A DNA stretch of 57,358 bases from assembly GCA_903837175.1 (NCBI GenBank), contig CAILTR010000101.1, positions 1 to 57,358 on the forward strand, read 5' to 3'. The notes below the pieces were generated by a model that was not told the origin of the DNA, ran no database searches, and saw only the letters and a list, made by a program, of their open reading frames with translations. The position numbers were made by a program, and so were the translations under genes. Positions 18,272 to 27,986 of the stretch are shown here, piece after piece; the first letter of the stretch is position 1, and each line of letters opens with the position of its first letter. Origin of the DNA: an uncultured bacterium (lineage in GTDB: Bacteria > Patescibacteriota > Minisyncoccia > Moranbacterales > GWC2-37-73).

Positions 18272-18402
18272 AGCTTTTAGCTTCGTTAGCTTTTAGGTTA
18301 TTAGTTTAAACATTGATACTAATAATGCAGTATAGCCTGGAAGATGGAAAAGAGCAAGGGTTGGGGTTGCTAGAAAAAAGAAAGTGTGTCATGATGAGGT
18401 TT

Positions 18403-19698
18403 ATGAAAAAAATAATTGCAGAACAATTTGACGTATTAGTCATTGGCGGGGGACCGGCGGGACTCATGGCGGCTGGAAGGGCTGCCCAGAAGGGCGCACG
18501 GGTGGCCTTAGTGGAGAAAAATGATCGCTATGGTGTTAAACTCCTGATGACTGGTAATGGTCGCTGTAACCTTACCCAAGAGGCTGAAGATACAGTGGAG
18601 TTAGTAAAAGTCTACCGAAATGGTAGGTTTTTACTCAATGCTTTTAAACGCATGAGCCCAACTAATTTACGAGATTTTTTTCGTAGTCGGGGTGTGGAAA
18701 CAAAAGTGGAAAAAAATGGCAAAGTTTTTCCGGTCAGTGATCAAGGTAAAGACGTGCTAGACGCCCTTTATCAATATTGTCGAAAAAATATGGTAACCTT
18801 TTTTAACACGGAAGAAGTTGTTGACATCGAATTTGAAGAGAATGACCCCAATGAAATTGTCGCTTCGCGAATTTCACGGGGTAAAATAAGCAAAGTCGTC
18901 ACTAGGAAAAAAGAAATTTCGGCGGAGAAATATGTTCTAGCGACGGGCGGAAAATCTTATCCGCAGACTGGCTCAACTGGTAAAGCTTTTGCTTGGTTGG
19001 AGAAGTTAGGGCATAGCGTAATTGAGCCCTTGCCAAGTCTGGTGCCGATTATGATTGCCGAGCAAGCCATTAAGGATGCTCAGGGTCTAACTGCCCATAA
19101 TGTTTCGATAACAGCTATGCAAGCTGGCAAAAAAATTGTGACTGAAAATGGCGATTTGATGTTTGCTCACTTCGGACTGAGTGGCCCATTAGCGCTTAAT
19201 CTCAGTTGCAAGTTGCGAGAGGTTTTTGAAAAAGGAGAACTTAAACTTTTCTTAGATTTAAAGCCGGAGCTTTCTTTTGAGCAGGTTGATGAAATTATTC
19301 GTAAGGATTTTGAAGATAACGCGCATAAAAATTTAAGTAATTGTCTGAAGGATTTTGCTAGCCCAAAAATGTTGGCTTTAATTTTTACGCTGGCCGGCTT
19401 AGATACCCATAAACACGCTGGTAATCTCAGCAAGCAAGATCGGCTGAAAATAGTAACACTTTTTAAAAAGATGGAAATGACTGTGGAAGAACTTTTCGGT
19501 TTTGAAAAGGCGATGGTTACTAGGGGCGGAGTTTCGGTTAAGGAAATTGATTCAAAAACAATGCAATCGAAAATTATTGAGAACCTTTATTTCGCTGGGG
19601 AAATTATCGATGTCGATGGTCCAACTGGGGGATATAACTTGCAAGTCTGCTGGGCAACTGGCTATGTGGCTGGCGAAAGTGCCACTAAAGATCGCTAA
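18403..19698 (+). CDS. HI0933/BaiN/YhiN-family flavoprotein
   Basis: GGGPAGLMAA, GNGRCNLT, LATGGKSYP.TG, GGYNLQ. ATG 18403 preferred over 18313. Confidence 0.93.
   Translation: MKKIIAEQFDVLVIGGGPAGLMAAGRAAQKGARVALVEKNDRYGVKLLMTGNGRCNLTQEAEDTVELVKVYRNGRFLLNAFKRMSPTNLRDFFRSRGVETKVEKNGKVFPVSDQGKDVLDALYQYCRKNMVTFFNTEEVVDIEFEENDPNEIVASRISRGKISKVVTRKKEISAEKYVLATGGKSYPQTGSTGKAFAWLEKLGHSVIEPLPSLVPIMIAEQAIKDAQGLTAHNVSITAMQAGKKIVTENGDLMFAHFGLSGPLALNLSCKLREVFEKGELKLFLDLKPELSFEQVDEIIRKDFEDNAHKNLSNCLKDFASPKMLALIFTLAGLDTHKHAGNLSKQDRLKIVTLFKKMEMTVEELFGFEKAMVTRGGVSVKEIDSKTMQSKIIENLYFAGEIIDVDGPTGGYNLQVCWATGYVAGESATKDR
18845..18882. repeat. Palindromic element inside the coding sequence
   Basis: ACCCCAATGAAATT-GTCGCTTCGCGA-ATTTCACGGGGT; related to 40391-40447. 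Confidence 0.75.
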
Positions 19699-19729
19699 GT
19701 TATTTTGAGTAATAACACTTTTCAAATTT

Positions 19730-19761
19730 AAAAAAGACTTTCCGGAAAGAAAGTCTTTTTT
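19730..19761. terminator. Bidirectional terminator
   Basis: AAAAAAGACTTTC / GAAAGTCTTTTTT between convergent genes. Confidence 0.85.
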
Positions 19762-19799
19762 GTTTTGCTAAATGTCTATAAAATTTGGCTGGCACTTTT

Positions 19800-20684
19800 T
19801 CATTTTTTAAGTTTCATGTGAGTCAGATAGATTCGTTCAAGACGTGAGGGGTGGTAAGCTTTAGTGTAAAATGAAGAAATTGAAATTGGAGCAGTGCTGT
19901 TAATGGAAAATAAATTAATTGGTTTTTTGCGAAGAGAAAAATGCTGAATTGCGAAATGAAAATAAGTGGCAAGTATTTCGTAACAAAAGAAGATAAAGAC
20001 AAGCCATAGCATTAACGTATACAGAAAGCCAAAGAGTGGAGTGGGAAAAACTTGCTCTGTTGAGTTGAAAAAAGTTTTTTCTAGGGTGCTAAGACTTGCG
20101 GAAAAAATTTGTTGGGTTTTTTGCAGGAAAGTTGAACTGGTTAGGGGCGTTTCTTTCTTCGTGGTCGAGACTCCCGCAATTGTTTTTTCAATTGGAACTG
20201 GCGCTACTTTGGCCCCAAACTCTTGAACGGTAATGATTGTCTGGGTTCCGTTAATTTTCCCTGTGATAACAGCAACTCCAATTTCCTTATACTTTGGATT
20301 TAAGATATTTTTTTTATGGCTTTCACTTTGCATAAAAGCTTCATGTTGAACTTTGGCGTCAGTAAAATTAATGGCTAAATTTTCGCCGGCAAAAGAATAA
20401 TCATAACCGCTTTGCCCGATCCATTGCCAAGGTGTAACCCCACTGGGTGAGACATGGGCAAAATAATTATGCAGGACCATGTCATTGGCTTTTTCCAGGG
20501 CAGCCTTGGAAAGATCGGCATTGATTTCAAGTGGCTGGATATCAAGCTTGGCCCTTTCATCGTTCACTAATGCTATAACAGTTTTGGGATCAAGGGTTGT
20601 TGCTTGGGAAGAATGAAAAGGCACCAGTAGGGTTAAGGCTACTAGGCTTGAAAGGAATAGGTTGGAGAGCCATTTTTTAGACAT
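19800..20684 (-). CDS. CAP (SCP) domain protein with signal peptide and C-terminal TM helix
   Basis: LVNDER, KANDM...YFAHVSP, AGENLA, SESHKKNIL, EIGVA, VQEFG. ATG 20684 preferred; alternative GTG 20711. Confidence 0.9.
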   Translation of the reverse strand: MSKKWLSNLFLSSLVALTLLVPFHSSQATTLDPKTVIALVNDERAKLDIQPLEINADLSKAALEKANDMVLHNYFAHVSPSGVTPWQWIGQSGYDYSFAGENLAINFTDAKVQHEAFMQSESHKKNILNPKYKEIGVAVITGKINGTQTIITVQEFGAKVAPVPIEKTIAGVSTTKKETPLTSSTFLQKTQQIFSASLSTLEKTFFNSTEQVFPTPLFGFLYTLMLWLVFIFFCYEILATYFHFAIQHFSLRKKPINLFSINSTAPISISSFYTKAYHPSRLERIYLTHMKLKK

Positions 20685-20747
20685 ATTAGAAAAAGAAAAA
20701 GGGCGTTTCACCCGAGTGAAACGCCCTTTTAAGACATTTATAAGTTA

Positions 20748-20776
20748 ATTATATACCTATTTTGGCTAAAAGTCAA
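20748..20776 (-). promoter_or_regulatory. Sigma70-type promoter for the CAP gene
   Basis: Minus strand TTGACT-17-TATAAT. Confidence 0.75.
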
Positions 20777-20978
20777 GGTTTTCAGGTTTCATTAACTCTA
20801 AAATAGTTAACTCAAAGTAGCACTTGAGAATTAAGGCGCGTTCTGGCGAAAGTTATGGTATAATAAATTTAAGTAGAAAGTGCTTCATATCAAAATTAAT
20901 TTTAGAAATAAAATTTGTTAATTGCATAAATTATTTATAATTTAGCTGATAGTGTTTAATAAAAAATAAAATAAAAAA

Positions 20979-23900
20979 GTGATGCAAAAAAAATCTTTTT
21001 ATCGGAAAGCGCAGACTGTTTTTTTATTATTAGCGATGCTAGCTCCAAATTTAGGTCAGGTTAACTTGGTGGCAAGAGCGCAAGCGACGCCTGACCCACA
21101 ACCACAGGTAGATCTTCAAGACAAAGCAACGGCCGTAAAAAATATTAAAGCTAATGCTCCAGATGTGATTGAACCCATAGTTGGTAAAAATTATGTGCCA
21201 GGCGAATTAATTGTAAAGTTTAAAGATAATATTAATCTTTCTGAGACAACGGGAAAAGTTGAAGTTGCTAATTTTGCTAAAGATAAAAATTTAAGCAGGC
21301 AAAAAGATTTCCAGCAGTACAATAGTTCCTTATTGAAACTTAAAGATTCAAAAACAAGTCTCAATAGTAAAATCGTGGAACTTCGTAGCAATCCTAATGT
21401 TGAATCTGTGCAGCCTAATTATCAATATAATTCACTTTCAACAAATCTAAATTCAATCAATGATACTGGGAAGGCTAATCAATGGGGCCTTTATAATAAT
21501 GGAAGTACGGTGGTTCTGGATGGGCAAACTATTACTAAAACTGCCGGAGCTGATATTGATGCTGCTGGAGCGTGGGGTGCAACTGGGGGTGAGAATAATT
21601 CAGTTATTGTAGCGGTGATTGATTCTGGGGTTGCCTATAACCAACCTGACTTGGTGGCGAATATGTGGCATGCTTCGGCTGGAAGTTGTTTTGATCAGAC
21701 TGGGGCAGTGATGGCTATTGATGGAATTCCAATTGCTTGTGATTACGGTTATGATTTTGAAAATAATGACGGTGATCCTTCGCCGGTTAATTCTTCGCTT
21801 GGCGCTGCTGAAGCTTCGCACGGAACGGTTATTGCTGGTATTATCGGAGCATCTCAGAATAATGCTAAGGGGATTGCTGGGGTAGCTAAAAATGTTAAAA
21901 TCATGGCCTTGCGAAGCAGATTAACTACCTCAAATATTATTGCTGCTATTAGCTTTGCAAAATATAATGGGGCTAAAGTGATTAACGCTAGTTGGGGTAA
22001 TCATTCGCAAGATGAAGCGTTGCTACTTGCGATTGCTGATTTTAATGGTTTGTTTGTGGCGTCTGCTGGTAATGATGCTAATAATAATGATGCTAATCCA
22101 GCCTATCCTTGCGCTTATTCTGTTTTTCAATCAAATGTGATTTGTGTGGCGGCTGTTGATGAAAATGGCAGCTTGGCAAGTTTCTCAAACTACGGTGCTT
22201 CCACCGTTGATATTGGCGCGCCAGGCACTAATATTTATAGCCCTCTGGCAACAACGACAGTGGCTTTGCAGGATTTTAGCTCAGTGACTCCGCCAGCTTT
22301 TCCAACTGGATTTTCTGGTGGCGCTGGTAGTGGGACGGCAGCTGTTTCTGGTAATAACGTGCTTTTTGGGGATTCGGAGCGCTCGCCTTATAGCGATAAT
22401 GCAAATTATTTAATTAAATCAAATGAAATAGATTTAAGTAGTCTACAGGAAACAGATTTACCAAGTCTGGATTTTTTAGCTACCTGTGATACAGCGTATA
22501 GTACTGGTGATTATTTGGATTATGGCGCCTTTCATGTCAGTAGCGATAATTCAGCTTATGATACTCTCTTTGTTGGCTCGACCCCAGTAGTTTTTGATGA
22601 GGAAGTTCTTGACTACATGTATGGTGATAGCGATCCAATAGGGAGTGCTACTTATCGCTTTACCGATATACCTCTTGAAAGTCAGTATTTAACCTCGACT
22701 TTTCACTATGGTTATCAATGGGTAACAGATGATACAGATAATAACTATGCAGGTTGCTCGATAGATGATGTCACGATTAAAAAGATTACCAATGGTTCTG
22801 GAGATGGTACCAATAATAATAACTATGCTTATGTAAGTGGTACTTCGATGGCAACGCCTTTTGTAACTGGGGTTGCGGCGCTAGCCTGGAGTTATAACGG
22901 CAATTTGTCAGCAGCGAGCGTAAAGCAAATTATTGATAGTAATGGTACGGCCAATACGAGCTTAAATGGAAAAACAATTTCCGGAAAAATGCTCAATGCT
23001 AATAGCGTGCTTAGCTATTTAAGTTCAGTTAAGAAAATAACTGGCTTTGAATTTGGTTTTTCGGGATACACTAGTAATGTCACGGGAACAATTAATGAAG
23101 CGGCGCACACCATTAAAGTGATCGTGCCTTATTCTCATAGAAGCGAAATAACTGCGTTAGCTCCAGTTATAAATTTGGAAGGCGCCTCAGTTAGTCCAGC
23201 CAACGGGGTGGTGCAAGATTTTACGAATCCAATGAGCTATACCGTAACTGCCGCTGATGGTGGCACTCAGAATTATACGGTTACCGTAACAACGGGGCCT
23301 GCAATTTCAAGTTTTAGTTTGCCAGGAGCGACAATGGAAAAAACATATATAGATTCAGATGGCAGTGAACGACTCGTGCTCGCGGTTACGCGGGGAACTG
23401 ATTTATCTTCGCTTGTACCGACAGTGACCGTTGTAAATGGTGGCAGCGGGACTATCCTTTCTCCAATAGCGGGAGAGGCTCAAGATTTTAGTGATTCTAT
23501 TTTAAATCCAGTCGCTTATCTTTTAACCAGGGATAATGGCGATGGAACCTTTGATCAGCAAAATTATAAAATTACAGTTTTGGAAGCTCCGGGAATTTCA
23601 GCTTTTTCATTCTCTGGAGTAACTTCTGCACTAATAAGTAGTACTTTTGACTCAAGTGGGGATGGGCACGCTGCTCTAGTTGTTCCTGCTAGTGTGAGTC
23701 TTACTAGCTTGATGCCAAAGATTGAATTTGATAGTTCTGGGCAGTGGGCTGGTACTTCAATTTCTCCAAATACTGGCGTGGTAACCGATTTCACTACTCC
23801 AGTTAAATATACCTTAACTTGGAATGAAACTACTACAGGAACTGTTATTACTCAGAATTACTATGTTAGTGTGACCCAGACTGCTGATTCCTTCCCTGAT

Positions 23901-24446
23901 TCAAGCGTTGCCTTTAGTGGCAAAAGTTCCTCAGTAAATAAAAAATCCTCTACTAGCGAAAAAGTAAAAATTAATTTTAAAAATGCCGAAAATGCCGTAG
24001 CTTACATGGTTTCAACTAAATCTAGTTTTGCGGGTGCTACTTGGAAGACAATGGCAGGTGGGGTAACTGTGAAGTTAAAAAAGAAGAGTGGTAAGCAGAA
24101 TTTTTACATTAAATTCAAAGACATTAATGGTTTTGAATCGCCAGTCGAGAAAAAAACAGTGGAGTATATCAGCCCAGATCGGGTAATTAAAAATTCAAAA
24201 AATACTATTGCGCGGGGCGATGTGCTAATACAATCAGGAAAAGCTTTTTCAAAAAACAGTAAGGTTGCCCTTTATTTTTCTAAAGCTGGTGGCGGTTACT
24301 ACCCACCAAGCGAAAAACAAACAGATAGTAAAGGTGCCTTCTCGGTATCTTTTAAGGCCATGAAAGCCAAAGGAAAATACCAATGGTATGCGCTGGATTT
24401 AAAAACCGGTAAAAAAAGTAAAATTATTAAGTATGAGATTAAGTAA
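20979..24446 (+). CDS. Secreted S8 subtilisin-like serine protease with an inserted domain and C-terminal Ig-like repeats
   Basis: VIDSG, SHGT, SAGN, SGTSMATP motifs; propeptide YVPGELIVKFK; three IS.FS...L.P...SP..G...DF..PV.Y repeats. Confidence 0.93.
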   Translation: MMQKKSFYRKAQTVFLLLAMLAPNLGQVNLVARAQATPDPQPQVDLQDKATAVKNIKANAPDVIEPIVGKNYVPGELIVKFKDNINLSETTGKVEVANFAKDKNLSRQKDFQQYNSSLLKLKDSKTSLNSKIVELRSNPNVESVQPNYQYNSLSTNLNSINDTGKANQWGLYNNGSTVVLDGQTITKTAGADIDAAGAWGATGGENNSVIVAVIDSGVAYNQPDLVANMWHASAGSCFDQTGAVMAIDGIPIACDYGYDFENNDGDPSPVNSSLGAAEASHGTVIAGIIGASQNNAKGIAGVAKNVKIMALRSRLTTSNIIAAISFAKYNGAKVINASWGNHSQDEALLLAIADFNGLFVASAGNDANNNDANPAYPCAYSVFQSNVICVAAVDENGSLASFSNYGASTVDIGAPGTNIYSPLATTTVALQDFSSVTPPAFPTGFSGGAGSGTAAVSGNNVLFGDSERSPYSDNANYLIKSNEIDLSSLQETDLPSLDFLATCDTAYSTGDYLDYGAFHVSSDNSAYDTLFVGSTPVVFDEEVLDYMYGDSDPIGSATYRFTDIPLESQYLTSTFHYGYQWVTDDTDNNYAGCSIDDVTIKKITNGSGDGTNNNNYAYVSGTSMATPFVTGVAALAWSYNGNLSAASVKQIIDSNGTANTSLNGKTISGKMLNANSVLSYLSSVKKITGFEFGFSGYTSNVTGTINEAAHTIKVIVPYSHRSEITALAPVINLEGASVSPANGVVQDFTNPMSYTVTAADGGTQNYTVTVTTGPAISSFSLPGATMEKTYIDSDGSERLVLAVTRGTDLSSLVPTVTVVNGGSGTILSPIAGEAQDFSDSILNPVAYLLTRDNGDGTFDQQNYKITVLEAPGISAFSFSGVTSALISSTFDSSGDGHAALVVPASVSLTSLMPKIEFDSSGQWAGTSISPNTGVVTDFTTPVKYTLTWNETTTGTVITQNYYVSVTQTADSFPDSSVAFSGKSSSVNKKSSTSEKVKINFKNAENAVAYMVSTKSSFAGATWKTMAGGVTVKLKKKSGKQNFYIKFKDINGFESPVEKKTVEYISPDRVIKNSKNTIARGDVLIQSGKAFSKNSKVALYFSKAGGGYYPPSEKQTDSKGAFSVSFKAMKAKGKYQWYALDLKTGKKSKIIKYEIK

Positions 24447-24543
24447 AAATATCTAGCTAAAAATCAAAAACTGCCAGAGGGCAGTTTTTGATTTCTGGTT
24501 AAATTTTTGCTAAGATTGTAGAAGAGCCATAATTAGAAGATTT

Positions 24544-25227
24544 ATGAAAAAAAGTTGTATTATTTTCGTTGCCGTAATGTTTTTTGGTTTTACCCAAACC
24601 TTACTGGCACAGGCTAATCAAACAGTTGATGTTAATCTTCAATTTGAGCAAGATGCCACTAACGTGACTGAAGCTGAGAATTCTAACTCTTCAAATGATA
24701 CAGCCCAAACTGGCTCAGATGTTATTAGGGTTTACGGGGCCGATGAAAGTGGGCAAGAAGCGGGAACACCTGAAGCAGTTACTGAGGCGACTGCCAATAC
24801 AGGTGATGCAATTAAAGAAGTGCAATATTATTTATGGGGAGACCCAGCTGAGAATATGCTGATTCTGGCTCAGCAAGAAGGTATTTATAATAAGGAGCTC
24901 GAGAATTTAGCTAAGCAGCAGGCAATTAATGACAGTAGTTTGCAGGATGCTAAAGCAGGAATTGAAGAAAGAAGTAGCCTGCTAAATTTTATAATAGGAC
25001 CTGATTTTAAGAATTTGAAACTTATAAATAAAGTGATAAATCAAAATGCTGAGGTCATTACTAACTTGAAAGAAATTACTGAAAAAATGGATAATACTAA
25101 GGTGAGGAAAGAAACTCTTGACCAGTTGGAAATTTTAAAAAAAAATAATCAAGCAACTCAAGATTATGTCACGGAGAAAAGTCGCCAGTTTAGTTTGTTT
25201 GGTTGGCTGGTGAGATTTTTTAATTAA
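24544..25227 (+). CDS. Hypothetical secreted helical protein
   Basis: Signal peptide, coiled-coil, C-terminal FSLFGWL. Confidence 0.75.
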   Translation: MKKSCIIFVAVMFFGFTQTLLAQANQTVDVNLQFEQDATNVTEAENSNSSNDTAQTGSDVIRVYGADESGQEAGTPEAVTEATANTGDAIKEVQYYLWGDPAENMLILAQQEGIYNKELENLAKQQAINDSSLQDAKAGIEERSSLLNFIIGPDFKNLKLINKVINQNAEVITNLKEITEKMDNTKVRKETLDQLEILKKNNQATQDYVTEKSRQFSLFGWLVRFFN

Positions 25228-25299
25228 AGGCTGTATCGTTTGCGGGTTATTAGTTGGTTATAATTAAATTGAGCTTTAATTTTTTTAAAAAATAAATTT

Positions 25300-26085
25300 A
25301 TGCAAGAGGAAACAAAATTAAACTTAGTGCGTTTTTTGGAACCAAAATTTGCGGTGGCGGTTATTGTAGTCCTAGCTGTCACGGCCATTGCGATCGTTTC
25401 GATTTTGCGAGAGAAAATTGTAAGTGACCAACAAAACCAAGTTTCAATTACGGGCCAGGGAAAAGTTAGTTATCAGCCGGATATTGCAACAGTTACACTT
25501 GGGGTTCAAATTGATAGAGCGCAAACGGCGGATTTAGCTTTGCAACAGCTGAATGAAAAAGTTTCGAAGATAATTTCTTCGCTGGACGCGTTGGGGATTA
25601 AAAAAGAGGATATTCAAACTCAAGCTTACACCTTAAATCCTCAATATGATTACAAGGATAATGTTTCTACGGTTGCTGGTTATGGCGCTAATCAGAAGTT
25701 AACTATTAAAGTTCCGGATATTATCAATAAGCCAGAGGTTGTTGGTCAGGTAGTAGCGCAAGCTGGTTCGGTGCAAGCCAATCAAGTTCAAGGCATTGAG
25801 TTTACAGTCTCAAACGTGAATGATTTAAAACAGCAAGCGAGACTGTTGGCAATTGCTGATGCTAAAACAAAATCAGCTGGGCTGGCGCAGGCAGCTGGAG
25901 TTAAGTTGGGTAAGGTTTTAAATTGGTATGATAATTTGCTGCAGTCTCCAGATTTGACTAATTCAAATAATCTGGGGTATGGTGGTTCAGACGTTGCGAT
26001 GGCAAAGTCGGCTGCTCCACCGCAAGTTCCTGGGGGTACGCAAGACATTATTGTTGAAGTAGGACTGACTTATGAGGTGAAATAG
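25300..26085 (+). CDS. SIMPL (DUF541) domain protein
   Basis: VSITGQGKV..QPDIA, IQTQAYTLNPQYDY, AIADAK.K...LA..AGVKLG. Confidence 0.92.
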   Translation: MQEETKLNLVRFLEPKFAVAVIVVLAVTAIAIVSILREKIVSDQQNQVSITGQGKVSYQPDIATVTLGVQIDRAQTADLALQQLNEKVSKIISSLDALGIKKEDIQTQAYTLNPQYDYKDNVSTVAGYGANQKLTIKVPDIINKPEVVGQVVAQAGSVQANQVQGIEFTVSNVNDLKQQARLLAIADAKTKSAGLAQAAGVKLGKVLNWYDNLLQSPDLTNSNNLGYGGSDVAMAKSAAPPQVPGGTQDIIVEVGLTYEVK

Positions 26086-26235
26086 GATAAGATGGAACAT
26101 GGAACATGAAACATGGAACAAAAATTTTTAATGGCTAATTTATAATGCCTAATGAAATGCGGAAGAAATAAAATAGAAATAGATTAGAGCTGGGATAGAA
26201 ATAATTAGTTTGTAATAAGTAATTTATTAAACAAT

Positions 26236-26325
26236 ATGCTTTTAGTTTATCCAAAAAAGTTTTTGGCTGGCGTGGAGCCAGATGATGAAGATGAGGATGA
26301 AGATGGGAGCGATTTCGGTTGCTAA
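26236..26325 (+). CDS. Possible small acidic peptide MLLVYPKKFLAGVEPDDEDEDEDGSDFGC
   Basis: ATG..TAA, 29 codons, GC-richer than flanks; below the ORF-track cutoff. Confidence 0.4.
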   Translation: MLLVYPKKFLAGVEPDDEDEDEDGSDFGC

Positions 26326-26338
26326 TAAAACGGACTAT

Positions 26339-26533
26339 GGTCATGTAGGAATTATAGTCTTTAGAAATTAATTTAGAAATTTTTACTTCGCTTATTTACT
26401 TTTTAGCGCCCGCGCTTGACCGAAAACAATGGTCAAATGCTTAGCTTGCTGTCGCTCGCATGGCCTAAAAAGCAAACAAGCTCGTAAAAATTGTGAGGTA
26501 ATTTTGGGCTGAAAATGTAGATTGCGAATGACC
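26339..26533. mobile_element. MITE-like structured repeat, copy 3
   Basis: GGTCAT...ATTGCGAATGACC ends and conserved core stem. Confidence 0.75.
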
Positions 26534-26625
26534 TTTAGTAAAGTTTTGAATTTAAAAAAGCTTGCCAATTTGGCAGGCTTTTTTTGTTGAAATAAATTGC
26601 AAGGGCTATGCGTAGAAATTTAAAG

Positions 26626-26642
26626 ATACCCTTGGGGGGTAT
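26626..26642. promoter_or_regulatory. CsoR/RcnR-type operator-like palindrome
   Basis: ATACCC-TTGGG-GGGTAT, with the C/G tracts typical of CsoR operators. Confidence 0.5.
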
Positions 26643-26708
26643 ATTAAAAATCCTAAATCCTAATTTCTAATTTCTAATTAATTAATAATTTATTAAAAAA
26701 ACAAAGTT

Positions 26709-27953
26709 ATGCTAAAAAACAATGATGCATTTGCTAGTGCGTTGAGCCAACTTGAACAAGTGCAGAAGTTAATTAAAATTGATAAAAATATTTTTGCTCA
26801 ATTGCAAGCTCCGCAAAGAATTTTAGAAGTTTCGATTCCAGTTAAAATGGACAATGGCAAAATCCAGGTTTTTACTGGTTATCGCAGTCAATTTAACGAT
26901 GCGCGCGGGCCCTTTAAAGGTGGAATTAGATTTCATCAGGACGTTAATGTCTCAGAGATTAAAGCTCTAAGCGCGTGGATGACTTGGAAAACTGCGGTGG
27001 TGGATATTCCTTTGGGCGGTGGGAAGGGTGGCGTAATTGTTGATCCGAAAAAATTGTCTCAAGGCGAGCTGGAAAGATTATCACGCGGATATTTGCAAGC
27101 GATTTATAAATTTGTGGGACCTAACTTGGATGTGCCAGCACCGGATGTTTATACTGATCCTAAGATTATGGGCTGGATGCTGGATGAATATGAAAAAATT
27201 TCCGGCATTCATCAACCTGGTGTAATTACGGGTAAACCACTCTCAATTGGGGGTAGTCAAACTCGGGGATATTCCACCGCTCAAGGAGCTTTTTATGTTT
27301 TGCGTGAGGCAGCTAAAAAAGTTGGCCTAAATAAAAATGCTACGGTGGCAATTGAAGGTTTCGGAAATGCGGGAGCGCATTTGGCGGAAATTTTACAAAA
27401 AAATGGTTATCGGATTGTGGCGCTGAGTGATTCAAAAGGTACGATTGTGAATTATATGGGGTTGGACGTTTTGCAAGTAAAAAAGCACAAGGAAAAAACT
27501 GGTAGCGTGCTTGGCTATGTAGGGGCTGAGAAAACCAAAAACCTGCACATTCTGGCGCAAATGGTTGATATTCTCGTGCCTTCGGCTTTGGAAAATTCAA
27601 TCACCGCCGACAACGTAAAAAATATTAAAGCAAAATTAATTATCGAAGTAGCTAATGGCCCAACTACACCAGAAGCGGATGCAGTTTTAGCTAAACGAAA
27701 TATCATGGTTGTGCCTGACATTCTGGCCAATGCTGGTGGGGTTGTGGTAAGCTATCTAGAGCAAGTTCAAAATGCCTATGGCTATTACTGGAGTGAACAG
27801 AAAGTTTTGAAAAAATTAGAAGCTATTATGATAACTTCTTTTAACTGTGTTTGGCAAGAGAAAATGAAACATCATACGACGGTGCGCATGGGAGCTTATG
27901 CTTTAGCGGTAGAGCGCGTAGCTCAGGCGATGAAAGATCGGGGTAGAAATTAA
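26709..27953 (+). CDS. gdhA: Glutamate dehydrogenase (Glu/Leu/Phe/Val family)
   Basis: RGPFKGGIRF, GGGKGG, DVPAPD, ITGKP, GFGNAG, EVANGP, ANAGGV. Confidence 0.95.
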   Translation: MLKNNDAFASALSQLEQVQKLIKIDKNIFAQLQAPQRILEVSIPVKMDNGKIQVFTGYRSQFNDARGPFKGGIRFHQDVNVSEIKALSAWMTWKTAVVDIPLGGGKGGVIVDPKKLSQGELERLSRGYLQAIYKFVGPNLDVPAPDVYTDPKIMGWMLDEYEKISGIHQPGVITGKPLSIGGSQTRGYSTAQGAFYVLREAAKKVGLNKNATVAIEGFGNAGAHLAEILQKNGYRIVALSDSKGTIVNYMGLDVLQVKKHKEKTGSVLGYVGAEKTKNLHILAQMVDILVPSALENSITADNVKNIKAKLIIEVANGPTTPEADAVLAKRNIMVVPDILANAGGVVVSYLEQVQNAYGYYWSEQKVLKKLEAIMITSFNCVWQEKMKHHTTVRMGAYALAVERVAQAMKDRGRN

Positions 27954-27986
27954 ATAAAAAAGCTAAGTTGGTGTACTATAGGATAT

